Source: Carpediemonas membranifera BICM
Lineage: Eukaryota; Protista; Fornicata
Direction of reading: 5' to 3'
Length of the DNA stretch: 64,000 nt
Assembly (NCBI GenBank): GCA_019828565.1
Contig: JAHDYR010000025.1
Span: 930,001 to 994,000, forward strand
This document shows positions 52,803 to 63,527 of this stretch, piece by piece. The notes beneath the pieces were generated by a model. It was not told the DNA's origin, searched no databases, and worked only from the letters and a program-made list of their open reading frames with translations. The position numbers and the translations under genes were made by a program. Each line of letters begins with the position of its first letter. The stretch's first letter is position 1.

Positions 52803-54806
52803 CTAATCGAACCCCAGATACGCTCTGAGGCAATCCTCCGTCTTTGCCACCAAATCCGCCGCATAAAATGCTACCAGCCGCCCGAGCACCTCCACCGGCA
52901 TCTCCGCCTTTGTATTAGGGAATCCGGGCGCGCACTTCCCGTCACTCCTCAGCACAGGCAGAGTCAGCATTTCCCCGTGGTGACGGTTCCAGTCTCGCGC
53001 CCGGTCGTTGAACGCCAGGAGCTTGGCTCCGCTGAGACTACCAGTGTTTCCTGTTGGGATCAGAGCCTCGATTGCCCGCATGCGGGAGTCTGGGCCATCA
53101 TGGAAGGTGTGCTGGCGCCTGTGACCGGGGTTACCTGGCCGGGTGTGCTCCTTGGATTCCTTGGACCGCCTCGGGTTGGTGCGGAGCTTGGGTTGGGGGG
53201 TTTGGGCGATCTCAGGCGTGAGTGTGGGGTCGGTTCGCGTGTTTTCGATCACAGCGGGCTTCTCAGTCTGCTCGGTCTCGTCCCTTGGCAAGGTGGTGAC
53301 GTTACATTCCCCACCACCCGCCGCCGCCTTCTCATGCTCCTCCTGGGCCCGAGAGGGTACTGGCGGTGCGGGTCCACAAGACTTGCTACACGCGGGGCTC
53401 GAACCCTCGCTCTTCGCCCCACGCCCTTCGTCTACCAACCCGACTGGAGGACCCATGACCTCCAACCTAATTTCCCTGCTATCCCTCTTCTCGCCGAGCT
53501 CAGCCAGCAGTCTAGGGGACATTGGGCTCTCAGCAATGGTGCTCATGCTCGCACTTCTGCTGCGAGGTGTGACAACTGCGCCCAAGCCAGCATAGGGCGA
53601 CTGCCCAATGATCGACCTGGTACCATGGGCCGTGAGGTCGAGTCTGGTGCTCACAGTAGAGGTCGAGGCCCCATGGGCGGCGAAGGTTGAGGTTGAGACT
53701 GTCCTGATGTCTTCAAAAGCGGCCTTCGCAGCGAGGGGGGTCTGCCCGACCAGGCCTGGATCACAGTCGTCCTCTACCCAGGGCCGGAGCAGGCGTGTCT
53801 TTTCGTCCGAGCAGATGAAGACTCCCGCGGCCATGAGGCTGAGATACTCGTGGGAAAAGTAGTACGACTGGCCGACAAACGGGTGGAAGAGAGTCAACGT
53901 GCCGCCGCACAGTTCGCACGTGGCCTGTTTCGATCGGGTGAACAGCGACTGGCATTCTCTGCATCGGAAAGAGTTCAGGTCCCTGGGGAAGGTGTAGTGG
54001 GAGAGCTTCCCGTCCACAACCACCGGTGACAGACGCAGGTTAAGTACCGTGCCCTCCTCGTAGCCCTGGCACGCGGAGGTGACTACCCGGATCGGATCAG
54101 GGTGGCCAATGGACCTGAGCCCGTCAATGACGGCGTCAAGGGTGATCATATCTGCCTCAGAGTCGAGTGAAGTCACGTCAGTGATGGCGTTGGGTGGGGT
54201 GCGTGGAATGCGGGCAGTTATGGCCCTAATGACGGTGGGCATGGTGTGAGCCGTGTAATGCTGCGACCAGTTGACTCGGAAGTGAGCTACCGCGCCGATG
54301 GAGCGTGCAGTCGCCGTCGCCTCTTCCCAGGAGACGTAGTTCGGTGCCCTCGACAACGTAGAGTGAGTGAACGTCGAGTCGAGGTATCTTCTGTTGTCAT
54401 TGAAGAGGGGATGTCCAAGGGGGTCATGCACGCCGACAAGTATCAAGGGCATGTCTGTGCGCCTGCTTTTGGTCATGAGACAGAGCGTGGAGAGGCGGCG
54501 GTACCACATGTCGCGACAGGACTGGAGCGAGGCCTTGGAGCGTGTAGAGTAGAGCATGATTACTGCTGAAGCGTAGTTGAGAGAAAGGCCGAGAACTGCA
54601 TCCCATTCTGGATCCTCTTGACCTGTAGTATCGATCAGTTCAACGGAGAAATCACGCCCATCGATACAGTGGAAGCTGCTGCTGTTGGTGGAGAGTGAAG
54701 GTCCCTCAGAGCGGAGCTCAATCTCAGGATTCGCGATAAAGTTGATGAAGCTTGTCTTGTTGGTGCATTCGTCGCCAACTACCACGATCGATAGGTCATA
54801 AACCAT
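52803..54806 (-). CDS. Atypical Rho/Ras-like GTPase domain protein with a C2C2 motif and disordered tail
   Basis: IVVVGDECTNKTS (G1-like), LIDTTGQED (G3), PLILVG and CRECQ...CELCG. Likely start MVYDL at 54806. Confidence 0.7.
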   Translation of the reverse strand: MVYDLSIVVVGDECTNKTSFINFIANPEIELRSEGPSLSTNSSSFHCIDGRDFSVELIDTTGQEDPEWDAVLGLSLNYASAVIMLYSTRSKASLQSCRDMWYRRLSTLCLMTKSRRTDMPLILVGVHDPLGHPLFNDNRRYLDSTFTHSTLSRAPNYVSWEEATATARSIGAVAHFRVNWSQHYTAHTMPTVIRAITARIPRTPPNAITDVTSLDSEADMITLDAVIDGLRSIGHPDPIRVVTSACQGYEEGTVLNLRLSPVVVDGKLSHYTFPRDLNSFRCRECQSLFTRSKQATCELCGGTLTLFHPFVGQSYYFSHEYLSLMAAGVFICSDEKTRLLRPWVEDDCDPGLVGQTPLAAKAAFEDIRTVSTSTFAAHGASTSTVSTRLDLTAHGTRSIIGQSPYAGLGAVVTPRSRSASMSTIAESPMSPRLLAELGEKRDSREIRLEVMGPPVGLVDEGRGAKSEGSSPACSKSCGPAPPVPSRAQEEHEKAAAGGGECNVTTLPRDETEQTEKPAVIENTRTDPTLTPEIAQTPQPKLRTNPRRSKESKEHTRPGNPGHRRQHTFHDGPDSRMRAIEALIPTGNTGSLSGAKLLAFNDRARDWNRHHGEMLTLPVLRSDGKCAPGFPNTKAEMPVEVLGRLVAFYAADLVAKTEDCLRAYLGFD

Positions 54807-55464
54807 CGTATCGCCGCGGACAGGACGATTGCAAGAGAACGCAGAATAGAGACGACTGTGGGCGACTCCGCACACAATGGGCCAAGGCGGCTGAGGTGTC
54901 ATGCGCACCATGTCTGGCCATCGCGGGGCAAGTGTTGAGCTTCTTTCAATTTTTGATGTCATTCCGATTTCAAAGATCAGATCGTACTTTTGAATTGAGA
55001 AGAATCTTGCTTATGGCACAGGATCTCCCGTGCCCTGGGGAATGGAAGCGTCCATTTTCTCGAGCCAAGGTGGACTTTTCGTGTTGTGTGTCTCCGGTCG
55101 CACAGTTTCTGACCCAAGTTGTGGAGTAATCAATTGATTAACACCCTTTTGCTTTAAGCCAACGCCACAAAGTAGGGTTAAATCGCCACAAGGAAATGAT
55201 CTCCTAGATCTGGGTTGGGCCGAGATAATGCAGCAGTAGTGTCAACAAGCCCAAGTTATTCGTCTGCCTAGCACTTGGTTGCGAATGAACTAACTCGCCG
55301 TCGAGTCGGGCAACAACATGGAGCGGCGTACCAAGCGCTCAAAGCATTCGTGTTGGAATAGATATAAGGATAGCACCCGCCCTGCAAACTATTGTCGACC
55401 AGTGGGCCAGCTTGAGCGAGTGATAAATGATTAAGAGACTTGGGGTGGGGTTGGCTGTCACTAT

Positions 55465-56610
55465 TTATGTCCCATACGGGTCGATGTCGACGGGAATGAT
55501 GTCTTCCCACGACTCGGGCGTCTCGCACTCGACTGGCTCAGCCACCCCATCTGACCCACCCACCATTTCAAACCACTGGCCGGTGGAGTCGCGGAATGAG
55601 AGGACCCAGCTGCCGCTAACCCGTCTTCTACCAAGAGCGGTTGCCTCAAAGAGCACACAGTACTGTTTGTCACGGTTGCGCAGATGAGTGCGGCCCTCAG
55701 TGACCCAGGCGAGAGTCGTGTCATCAGACTGGAACCCCTTGACCTTCTCTCGGAACCGGAGCGGGGTGGCTGTGATGCAGAAGTCATCCTCACTGTACCC
55801 AGACAGCAGGCCCGACTGGGCGATAGGACGGGGAACTTCGCCGGCGAACAGCAGCTGGCGGCCGCTGAGGAAGACGTTGAAGAATAATTCAAAGGCTATG
55901 ATCCGGTCGACCCTGAATGGCAGCTCCTCGAAGCCGGTCATCTCGTTCTCGTGACCGAGTCCCAGCCGGCCATTCTCGTTCCATCCGCCGATCACCTGCC
56001 GATCGCCCATTGACAGGATAACAGTGTAGAATGAATCCACGATGTGATCTGCGACAAAGCCAGTGGGTACGGCGACTGGGTGGAAGAGGTGCCTGTTCTC
56101 GTCCTCGACTGTGCCGACAAACGCTTTCGCATCCGCACCAGCCATGACAGTGCCGACCGGAGTGAAGATGAACGTTCGAGCTCTTATCAGCGACACATCG
56201 GTCACCATCCTGTGCTTCTCCCAGGGGGGCAGGCTGGCCTCGTGCTCGGCGACCTTGGGCAGGCGGGGAAGGTGAGGCGGGTCGGGTCGACGAACCCAGA
56301 TGACTTGAACCCCAGCTGACCATATCCGCTATCACCCCAGCCCCACAGACCCTTGGGTGTCCTGGCGATGTGTGTGATCTCGTTGCTGTAGATCTCGAGG
56401 GCCCTGGGCATCCTGGCCCTGGTGAGGGCGGCGTGATAGTCAGTGTCGAGCATGAAGAGTCGGCCCATGTACATGAGGTGGTGGTAGCATCTGTCGGGCA
56501 CAGGGCGCTGATAGCTCTCGCCGTCCTTCTCGGCGACGTTCAGCGAGAAGAAGAACTTGCGGCAGAGGAACCAGAGGCACTTGGCCTCGGGCGTGAGAGC
56601 GTTTTCGGAT
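55465..56610 (-). pseudogene. RCC1-like family copy 10, 5'-truncated and frameshifted at 56257-56259
   Basis: Same 5' breakpoint as copy 6 and same G3-for-G4 deletion as copy 7. Confidence 0.8.
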
Positions 56611-56865
56611 GAGCAGCGGGGCCGACAAGCGGGCCAGCTTGAGCGAGTGATAAATGATTAAGAGACTTGGGGTGGGGTTGGCTGTCACTATTTATGAACC
56701 ATACGGGTCGATGTCGACGGGAATGATGTCTTCCCACGACTCGGGCGTCTCGCACTCGACTGGCTCAGCGCCAGCCTCGGATACCCTGAACAACTGGCCA
56801 GTAGCGTCGCGGAATGAGCTGAAGGCTTCATCTTCTTGAGTTGTGATACCAACTGCCATCGCCTC

Positions 56866-56967
56866 TGTTGGTTCATCAATAGATTATTTAATAGTCTTGA
56901 GTCGTCCAGCTCGACACATGGGTGTCGAGCTCTATTCTTTGTAAAGCTTTGTTCTCACGAACCCACA
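56866..56967 (+). repeat. 5' LTR (102 bp)
   Basis: TGTTGG...CCCACA. One mismatch to the 3' LTR. Internal perfect hairpin AGCTCGACAC-ATGG-GTGTCGAGCT at 56908-56931. Confidence 0.97.
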
Positions 56968-56982
56968 GTAACGTTACTTACA

Positions 56983-59900
56983 ATGACTGAGGACAAGGGT
57001 CCGTTATGTACTCAACCAGAGATTAATGCTCTGCTTTCGTTTAAGGAGAAACTCGATCGCCATGTCCGAACGGGCGGAAAACGCCGACTTATCAAGCGTT
57101 TGGGTCCGGCTGTCACCTCATACTGTGCAGCAGTTGGTGTAGACGTAGCCAAGACGTACAAGAGCGCGAAGCACAACACAGTGACGGGCGAGAAGCGTAA
57201 GAAACATGAGAGAGAGGACCTCGTTTTCAGAGCGATTGCTAACGCAATTAAGCCCACTGATCCGATCCTAGAGCGCCGTCTTTTCCAGCTAACGACCCAG
57301 GGTATTGACGTGGGACGTCTCTCACTCTATGCCGACAGATTCATCAGCCGCAAGGCCGTCTTGGCTCCCTCTTTCTCCGACGCCGTGATGCGCAGCATGT
57401 TCGTGAAGGGAATCCAGGACGAGGACCTCCGTAGGGAGGTCAAGGAGGCGGCTACAGGGCTTGACCTTAACAGCACCATCCAGGTCGCTCTCCAGACGTG
57501 CAAGCGTCTCCAAGAGGCTGCGATGATTACTTCCAGGACCATCAAGTCCGATTCTCAGCCTCGAAACCGCCCTCCTAAGGACCAGCGCGCAAGCCATTCT
57601 CGAGGTCTGCGCCGACAGGGCGGCCCGCCTCACCCGGGTGAGCACCAGTCTCATGGCAAGCACCAGTACCGGGGAGCCCAGTCTGAAATGCAGAGAAGTC
57701 AGCAGACCGGCTCAAGCACCGATCATCAGAGCACCAGCCGTACCATCGTGTGCTACAACTGCGGCAAGTCCGGTCACACATCGCGCCAGTGTCGGAACCC
57801 GAAGACTGTCTGCAGCAAGTGCGGTAAGCAGGGACATCAAGACAAGTTCTGTCGGGGTACTTCAGTAAACCCCCAGGCTTGTTCATCCTTTTCTCGTGCA
57901 CCCGCTCATGTCCTGACATCGTTGAGTCAGACACACAGCAACGCGCTCCCGATAGTAACAGCAGAGGTTCCGGTCGGTAATGATCACAGTGTGCAATGGG
58001 AGCGTGTACTTTTCGACTGCGGGGCGGATATTTGCTTGGTGAACCCCCAGTCGGCAACCGCTGCTGAACTTATTCCGACGAAGCTCAGTCAACCTATCGT
58101 CATCAAGACTCCAGGGGGATCTATTGAGTCCGACGTTTGCTATGAGATTCCCCTTCTCATGCATAAGTCACCTTTCACTCCAAAGGCACTGTCGACTACT
58201 GTCGCCGCATACGGAGTTGAATGCATCTACGACCTTCTATTGTCGTACCCAACGATGGTTGAGTGGGGCATCCTGCCCAGTGTCGCGGAATCTCAAGCGA
58301 GCCGGGACTCTGACGATATGGAACCGTCCGTCCCCCCAATGGACGCGATGCAGTCCTACACTATGTCAACAGATTTTACAGCGATGCATGCGCGAATCAT
58401 CGCCAAGTTCAGCCGTTGCTTCGAGGAGCGTGAGGGGTTTTCTGCCTTAGAGCCTTATGACCTGATCTTGAAGGAGGACCGAGTAGTAGCGTCCAGGTCA
58501 AATTACATCCCCTCACCAGAAGCAGGGTCTGTTTGATGAGCACGTCCGGGAGCTGTTAGCCAAGAAGTATATTGAGGCGAGTTTCTCTCCGTACTCGTCC
58601 CCAGCTCTCCTCGTCCCGAAGGGCCGAGACAGAACTCGTATGGTTGTCGATTTCAGAAGGATCAACGACCTGACTGAGCCGTTTGATTACCCGATCCCAG
58701 AGGTTCAAGCGTGCCTCGCACGGTTGGCAGGAGCTAAGATCTTCGCCACGATTGACCTTTCGAAGGGTTATCATCAAGTCAAGTTGTCCGAAAGGTCGAG
58801 ACAATACACTGCGTTCCAGACCCCACGAGGCAAGTTCCAGTATACGGGCATGCCGTTTGGATTGAAAAACGCTGGGGCGCATTTCCAGTTTGCAATTGAA
58901 CGGGGATTCCACGATCTACTTGGTACCGCGTGTATCATATATATTGACGACATTATAATTTTCGGCCGCACAGAGCAAGAGTACTTGTCCAACTTGAACA
59001 AGGTGTTGGCGAGGGCCGAAGAGTTGAAACTCAGCCTCAACAAGGAGAAGTCACACTTTGGACTCGCAGAAGTCGAGTTCTTAGGCTGGGTGGTGTCGGG
59101 TACAGGATTTAGAATGGCGCCAGACCGCATTCGGGATGTTGAGACGCTGCGTGTCCCGAAGACGAAGAAGGCCGCTCAAGCCCTAATGGGATTCTTGAAC
59201 TTCATGAGAGATTTTTGTGCCAGGTTTTTCGAGGATCGTGCACCCTTTAGCTCAAGCCGCGTGTGGCAAGGCACCTCCCGACGGCAGCGATCAGGTCGAG
59301 GCTTTGGCGCAGGTCAAAGATCTGCTGTGTCAGGCTCCCGCCCTCGAACACTTCGATGTTACCCGTGAGCACGTCGTCATGACTGACGCGTCAGACCTTG
59401 GAATTGGCGGAGTGTTGCTACAAGACGGTAAGCCGGTGTCATACATGTCCAAGTCTTTCAACGATGTGCAGACGAGATGGAGCACAATTGAACAGGAGGC
59501 GTATGCAATCGTTTCCGCGTTGCAGAGGTGGCGCAGGTTCTTGTGTTGGACACCATTCACATTGCTGACTGATCATCGCAATCTTGTGTTTATGTCGCGT
59601 TCTTCCAACTCCAAGGTTCAACGGTGGTACGAATCAATATCTGATCTTGATTTCACGATCAAACATGTGGCCGGAGTGGATAACAGTGCAGCCGATGGTC
59701 TCAGTCGCGTGTTTGCGGCATCGGCAGATCGGTTGCCAGTGGCGTCTGAGACGGAGATAGCTGAGGCACACAGACACGGGCAAGCTCACCTGCCACTGCA
59801 TACCACGATACAATTCTTGAGGACACATGGCAAGAGGGCGCCCGTGGATCAGGTGGCGAGGGTGATCGACAGATGTCCGGTATGTCAACTCACAGCAAAA

Positions 59901-60987
59901 CCAGCTGAAGCCGCCAGGGCATACTTACATACAGCCGGACTCAGGCCGTTCATGAAGGTAGCAATGGACACTATCGGTCCGTTGCCCGAGTCGCTCGGAT
60001 ACAAGTTCATTTTTAGTAGTAGTCGATATGGCTTCGAGGTGGACCGAGCTCATTCCGCTGAAGACAACGAGAGCCGACGAAGCTGTCAGAGCATTTGCTG
60101 ACCAGTGGATACTCAGGTATGGAGTCCCTCGAGTCCTCCAAACAGACGGAGGCAAGCAGTTTGTCAACAAGCTGTTCAAGGACTTGTCCGTCCGAGTTGG
60201 CTTTTCAATCCATACAACCACTCCATATCATCCACAGTCAAATGGAGTGGTCGAACGAGCGAACAGCAGAGTCGAGCGTATTCTGAGGGCGCGGCAGTAC
60301 GAGCTGAGGTCGGAGCTGTGGTCGGAGTCGTTGCCAGTCGCACAGTACATTGTCAACGCGACACCACACTCAGCAACGCGTTTAACCCCAGCAGAGGTGA
60401 TTTTTGGTAGTGATCTGCGCGTACCGGCCGACATGCTAATCGTCAAAGAACTGGGTGAGAAGGCGGTCAGCCAACCAGCGAGCAACGTAGCTGCTGCCAA
60501 ACTCGCTCGAGAGCTCGCTGAAGCACGTATTAAGGCAATGCACGCTGACGCTCTCAGCAAGCTGCCCCCTCCTGAACCAATTACGTCTGAGTTTGTATTG
60601 GTCAAATACCCGAATGGGCCACCATCAAAGTTGGCTGCAGGGTGGCGAGGCCCCATGCAACTGATCCAGCCTATCATGAGGAATGACTTTCCTGTTGGTT
60701 ACTGGGTTAGAGATGTCAATACGAGGACCGAATTCCAGGTCGCGTCCGAGAGGGTCAGACCATTTTCAGGCGAGCTGTCCATGCAACATGCCCAAGAGCT
60801 AGCAGCAGTGACGATCGGCGAGTATGTCGTGGAGTCGATATACGAAGCAACGCATGAGCGCAGACTCAGCGATCGGCAGTTCCACGTCCGATGGGCAGGG
60901 TACGAGCCTTCGGAAGATACGTGGGAGCCGTACCAGAACGTTAAGGGATGCGAAGCGTTGGATATATATCTGGGGAAGGCCGAATAA
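56983..60987 (+). CDS. gag-pol: Gag-Pol polyprotein (three +1 frameshifts in homopolymers as assembled)
   Basis: Two CCHC knuckles; protease LFDCGAD; RT YIDD; RNase H TDASD/EQEA/TDH; integrase HHCC plus D,D,E (MDT, TDGG, VER); GPY/F-like WRGP; chromodomain YVVESI...VRWAGYEPSEDTWEP. Shifts at 58509-58512, 59212-59216 and 60010-60014. Confidence 0.93.
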
Positions 60988-61012
60988 ATGGCCCCCAAGC
61001 ATCAGAAACTGT

Positions 61013-62134
61013 TTATTCGCAAGTGTCACAACGGACGTTACCATCGAGGGCAACGTCGTCGGCGAGGTAAGACTCGTAAGACAGATGCTCAGTGAGGAAC
61101 TGGGCAACGGCAGGGTGAGTCTGCATGCGCCGAGTAGCGATGGCAATGCTGCTCACATTGGGGCATTCCTCATAACTGACATGCAGGCGCAGAAGACCAG
61201 GGGCGTCAAAACGATAATGCCAAACACGCGAGACCGTGAAGGCTGCAGAAGTCATGTCTTGCAGAGTCAGCGACGGGGCGCGGTCAGCAGTAACCGGCAT
61301 GAAGCCTGACAGAAGACTGAACTCTGCGTCGTCGAAGGAAGCGCCGCTACGCATGCGAGCGAAGTACTGACGAGCGAACTCAGCGCAATCAGCGCGGGTG
61401 AGGATACCGAGGGCCTCTCCCATGTGCAGCACAAAATATAGGTTGACATCGTGGCCGAGCATGACAGCACGGAAGACATGAGGACGCATGGTGACGATGC
61501 TGAGGCCAGAGCGATTCTCGATCTCTTGCTTGAGCGCGTTCGGCACATACGCGCGTTTGTCTCGAACAGCAGTGAGGTAGGCTGAAACGATGGCAGCATC
61601 AGTCGAATCGCGACGTATGGAGAGGTAAGCCGACATCGCCTGGAGTACGATAGCGTCACGGCAGAGATCAGCGCCGGCGTCATGCGAGTGCACTGCAGCG
61701 GAAGCGCGGGTGTAAGAGTGCAGCCGGTTGTCGGTGAGCAGCAGTAACTCAGTCCGGGGAGAGTTCCAGTAGTAGCTGACTGCCTGCCGGGTGACGAGTT
61801 CCACGTAGCCAGAGAGGGATGGCGGGGTGTCGTCCGACTCGGAGTCAGACTCATTGTCGGTTGGGTCAGGAGAAGCCGGAAGGTAGCGTAGGTCGACGGC
61901 GTTAACGCTCTCGCTGTCAGATGCAGAACTGGTTACGGCGCCAGCAAGTTCCTCTGGGACATTAGGGACGTTTTGGCGCCTAGGAGCACGTCGCGGCTGG
62001 TAAGGGGTGAACAGCTCGAGGTAGGAACCAGTTTCAGAGATATGGCGACGGAGGAGACGGCAAAATTGCATTCTCGAAGTGTTAGTCGTAAGACGATTTA
62101 GAATAGTTTCCACAGCGGCGTCGAAATCCCCCAT
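61013..62134 (-). CDS. Antisense accessory ORF inside the retrotransposon (373 aa, unknown function)
   Basis: ATG-initiated uninterrupted ORF, not overlapping pol, convergent with it across 25 bp, and preceded by an AT-rich region. No TM or signal peptide apparent. Confidence 0.75.
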   Translation of the reverse strand: MGDFDAAVETILNRLTTNTSRMQFCRLLRRHISETGSYLELFTPYQPRRAPRRQNVPNVPEELAGAVTSSASDSESVNAVDLRYLPASPDPTDNESDSESDDTPPSLSGYVELVTRQAVSYYWNSPRTELLLLTDNRLHSYTRASAAVHSHDAGADLCRDAIVLQAMSAYLSIRRDSTDAAIVSAYLTAVRDKRAYVPNALKQEIENRSGLSIVTMRPHVFRAVMLGHDVNLYFVLHMGEALGILTRADCAEFARQYFARMRSGASFDDAEFSLLSGFMPVTADRAPSLTLQDMTSAAFTVSRVWHYRFDAPGLLRLHVSYEECPNVSSIAIATRRMQTHPAVAQFLTEHLSYESYLADDVALDGNVRCDTCE

Positions 62135-62891
62135 GAGCTGTGATCGTCTAGAAAGTCGACTTTCCAGAAAGCAAAAAATGCGAAATCGATGAAACGCAAT
62201 GGTTACGCAACAATGCTGTTCAGAAGTGGAACATAGAGTTGTTTACATGGTGGAACTGATGTTGTTATTCAATATAGCCGCGTTTTCGGGATCCAAAAAG
62301 TGTTTCCGGCGGTGCAAAAACGAAAAAGTGCCATATCTCGCGAACGAGAAGGAATTGGAGCCTCTTAACCCGTTTTTTTGAACGCCGTGTAAGATTAGGC
62401 GGAATGTAACCAACCTCTGGTAAGAATTGACATGGGGACATCGATGGCACCTAAAAGTGCGCCATTTGACCCTTTCAGAATCGTCGGGTATGTTTCAAAG
62501 ACTTTCAAGAGGGGCAGGACCCCAGGTAAGGATACCCATAACATAGCGCGCTAATACAGTGGTACCACGCAAGATTTGATCAGATAATATTAGGTAATTT
62601 AGATTTGGTAGTGAGGTAAGCATATCTCAGAAACGTGACTGGACATCACGCCGGGCATAAGACACAGGGTTTTTATAGCCAGTCTGGTCAACGGGTATCC
62701 GGTGAACTCGAAAGTCCCGAGCTCACAACGGTTCAGGCAATAGGGCTTAGTCCATTGCCAACTCCGGCTCCATGGCGAGTCCCCATGGAAGCGACGGTTA
62801 CTGGAGCTTGTATCTGGGCAATTCACCCGGACCAAGCACCTAGCACACCCTTCATAATAGTGTTGAGTTTTTTGATGCTCTACCGGAGCAT

Positions 62892-62901
62892 GGGAGGGAA
62901 G
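62892..62901 (+). other. Polypurine tract
   Basis: GGGAGGGAAG directly abutting the 3' LTR. Confidence 0.9.
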
Positions 62902-63003
62902 TGTTGGTTCATCAATAGATTACTTAATAGTCTTGAGTCGTCCAGCTCGACACATGGGTGTCGAGCTCTATTCTTTGTAAAGCTTTGTTCTCACGAACCC
63001 ACA
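62902..63003 (+). repeat. 3' LTR (102 bp)
   Basis: 101/102 identical to 56866-56967. Confidence 0.97.
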
Positions 63004-63403
63004 CCTCAAAAGGCACGCTGTACTGGTTTTCTCCGTCGCATAGATGAGTGCGGCCCTCAGTGACCCAGATAAGATCATAGTCACAAAAGAATCCCTTGAC
63101 TCTCTCTGGGAACCGGAGTTGGGTGGCTGTGAGGCACTTGTCGCCCTCGCTGTACCCAGGCAGCAGGCCCGACTGGGCGATAGGACGGGGAACTTCGCCG
63201 GCGAACAGCAGCTGGCGGTCGCAGAGGAAGACGTTAAAATCATCTTCAGGAGTCATGATCCGGTCGACCCTGAATGGCAAGTCGACGAATCCAGACATAT
63301 CATTCTCATGACCAAGTCCCAGCTGGCCTTTCCAGCTTTCTCCGCTGATCACCTGCCGATCGCCCATGGAGAGGATGACAGTCACTGCATGCAACGGACC
63401 CAC

Positions 63404-63527
63404 TGTGGTCTGTCAAGACTTAGAAGAACTTTTAGTAAAAGCAAAGAAGAGAGGGTTTGACCCTGCTGTGGTAAATATGGCAATAATAAATATATCAACT
63501 ATGTAAACAATGGGTAGGACCCTGACA
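63404..63527. mobile_element. Solo LTR (124 bp) of a second retrotransposon family
   Basis: AT-rich insert TGT...ACA flanked by a CCAC duplication (63400-63403 / 63528-63531). The empty site is visible in copy 1 at ~711-735. Confidence 0.85.

Larger units (their letters stand above)
56866..63003 (+). mobile_element. Ty3/Gypsy chromodomain-containing LTR retrotransposon, full length (6138 bp)
   Basis: Paired TG...CA LTRs, CCTC target-site duplication (56862-56865 / 63004-63007), gag-PR-RT-RH-IN-chromo order and a polypurine tract. Confidence 0.97.

Noticed and set aside
58505-60020. Programmed ribosomal frameshifting in pol
   Set aside because: Three +1 shifts, two of them well inside pol domains and all in homopolymers, fit indel errors or decay better than a programmed gag/pol shift.
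56983-60987. Diversity-generating retroelement explanation for the variable family (RT beside variable repeats)
   Set aside because: The RT belongs to a Gypsy element with LTRs and integrase that disrupts a family copy. Variation is block-wise with indels, not adenine-specific, and there is no template/variable repeat pair.
61013-62134. env gene
   Set aside because: Antisense orientation with no signal peptide, TM segment or evident fusion-protein features.
62635-63063. 142-aa ORF crossing the 3' LTR
   Set aside because: GTG start, runs through the PPT and LTR into flanking host sequence, and has no motifs.
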